Shown piece after piece: positions 5,634 to 5,892 of a DNA stretch of 5,892 bases. Every line of letters begins with the position of its first letter. Position 1 is the first letter of the stretch. Source of the DNA: Octopus sinensis. Its lineage: Eukaryota. The notes below the pieces were generated by a model. The model saw only the letters and a program-made list of their open reading frames with translations, was not told the DNA's origin and ran no database searches. The translations under genes were made by a program, and so were the position numbers. The stretch lies in NCBI RefSeq assembly GCF_006345805.1, contig NW_021829724.1, positions 1-5,892 on the forward strand, written 5' to 3'.

Positions 5634-5892
5634 TGACAGTTTAGAGTGTGAGTGACTCTTAATGGAGGAGAGTGGATGGGTATATGGAATGTGAGTGACA
5701 TTTAGTGGTTGAGTGAAAGTGACTGTATTGAAGATGAATGACTCTTAGAGGCTGAGAGTATGTGATTGCATTATAAGCCAGCGACTCTCGGTAGCTGAAA
5801 AATGTGACTCTGCAGAAGATGAGTCAATGTGTGTTATTGAGAGTGACTCTACTGGAGACGATTGGTTGGGAGAATATGACTCCAGTGAAATG
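5634..5892 (+). repeat. Degenerate minisatellite with a GTGACTCT core, about 43-bp period (19+24 subunits)
   Basis: Core motifs at 5653, 5696, 5739 and 5782 (43-bp steps), interleaved with cores at 5720, 5763 and 5805. Units 5687-5729 and 5730-5772 match at 31 of 43 positions without gaps. Confidence 0.65.

Noticed and set aside
5749-5892. Acidic open frame (…CDSAEDESMCVIESDSTGDDWLGEYDSSEM) running off the window end
   Set aside because: It is about 48 codons with no start or good acceptor, and the D/S/E content follows from the GACTCT repeat core. Downstream sequence would be needed to revisit it.

Overview
AT-rich eukaryotic non-coding DNA made almost entirely of decayed transposable elements and simple repeats. 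No intact host gene, RNA gene or CRISPR array is supported. The SINE families and the dense (TA)n/(TG)n/(GA)n tracts resemble octopus (coleoid cephalopod) DNA; this is pattern recall, not a database result. In order: a probable decayed mariner remnant (-), the 3' half of a Tc1-like transposase (+), a tRNA-derived SINE with a microsatellite tail (-), an internally deleted mariner (-), a long (TG)-rich tract, a 184-bp SINE-derived tandem array with a 368-bp higher-order period (about 2905-3856, -), two more related SINE pieces, an RTE-like LINE fragment (-), and two degenerate purine-rich minisatellites (8-bp and 43-bp periods). The SINE-derived array is the most notable structure: it has a single Pol III head, alternating A/B monomers, a small inverted repeat at each junction and a switch of tail type at its end. 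All ORFs in the track are transposon pseudogene pieces or repeat artefacts.
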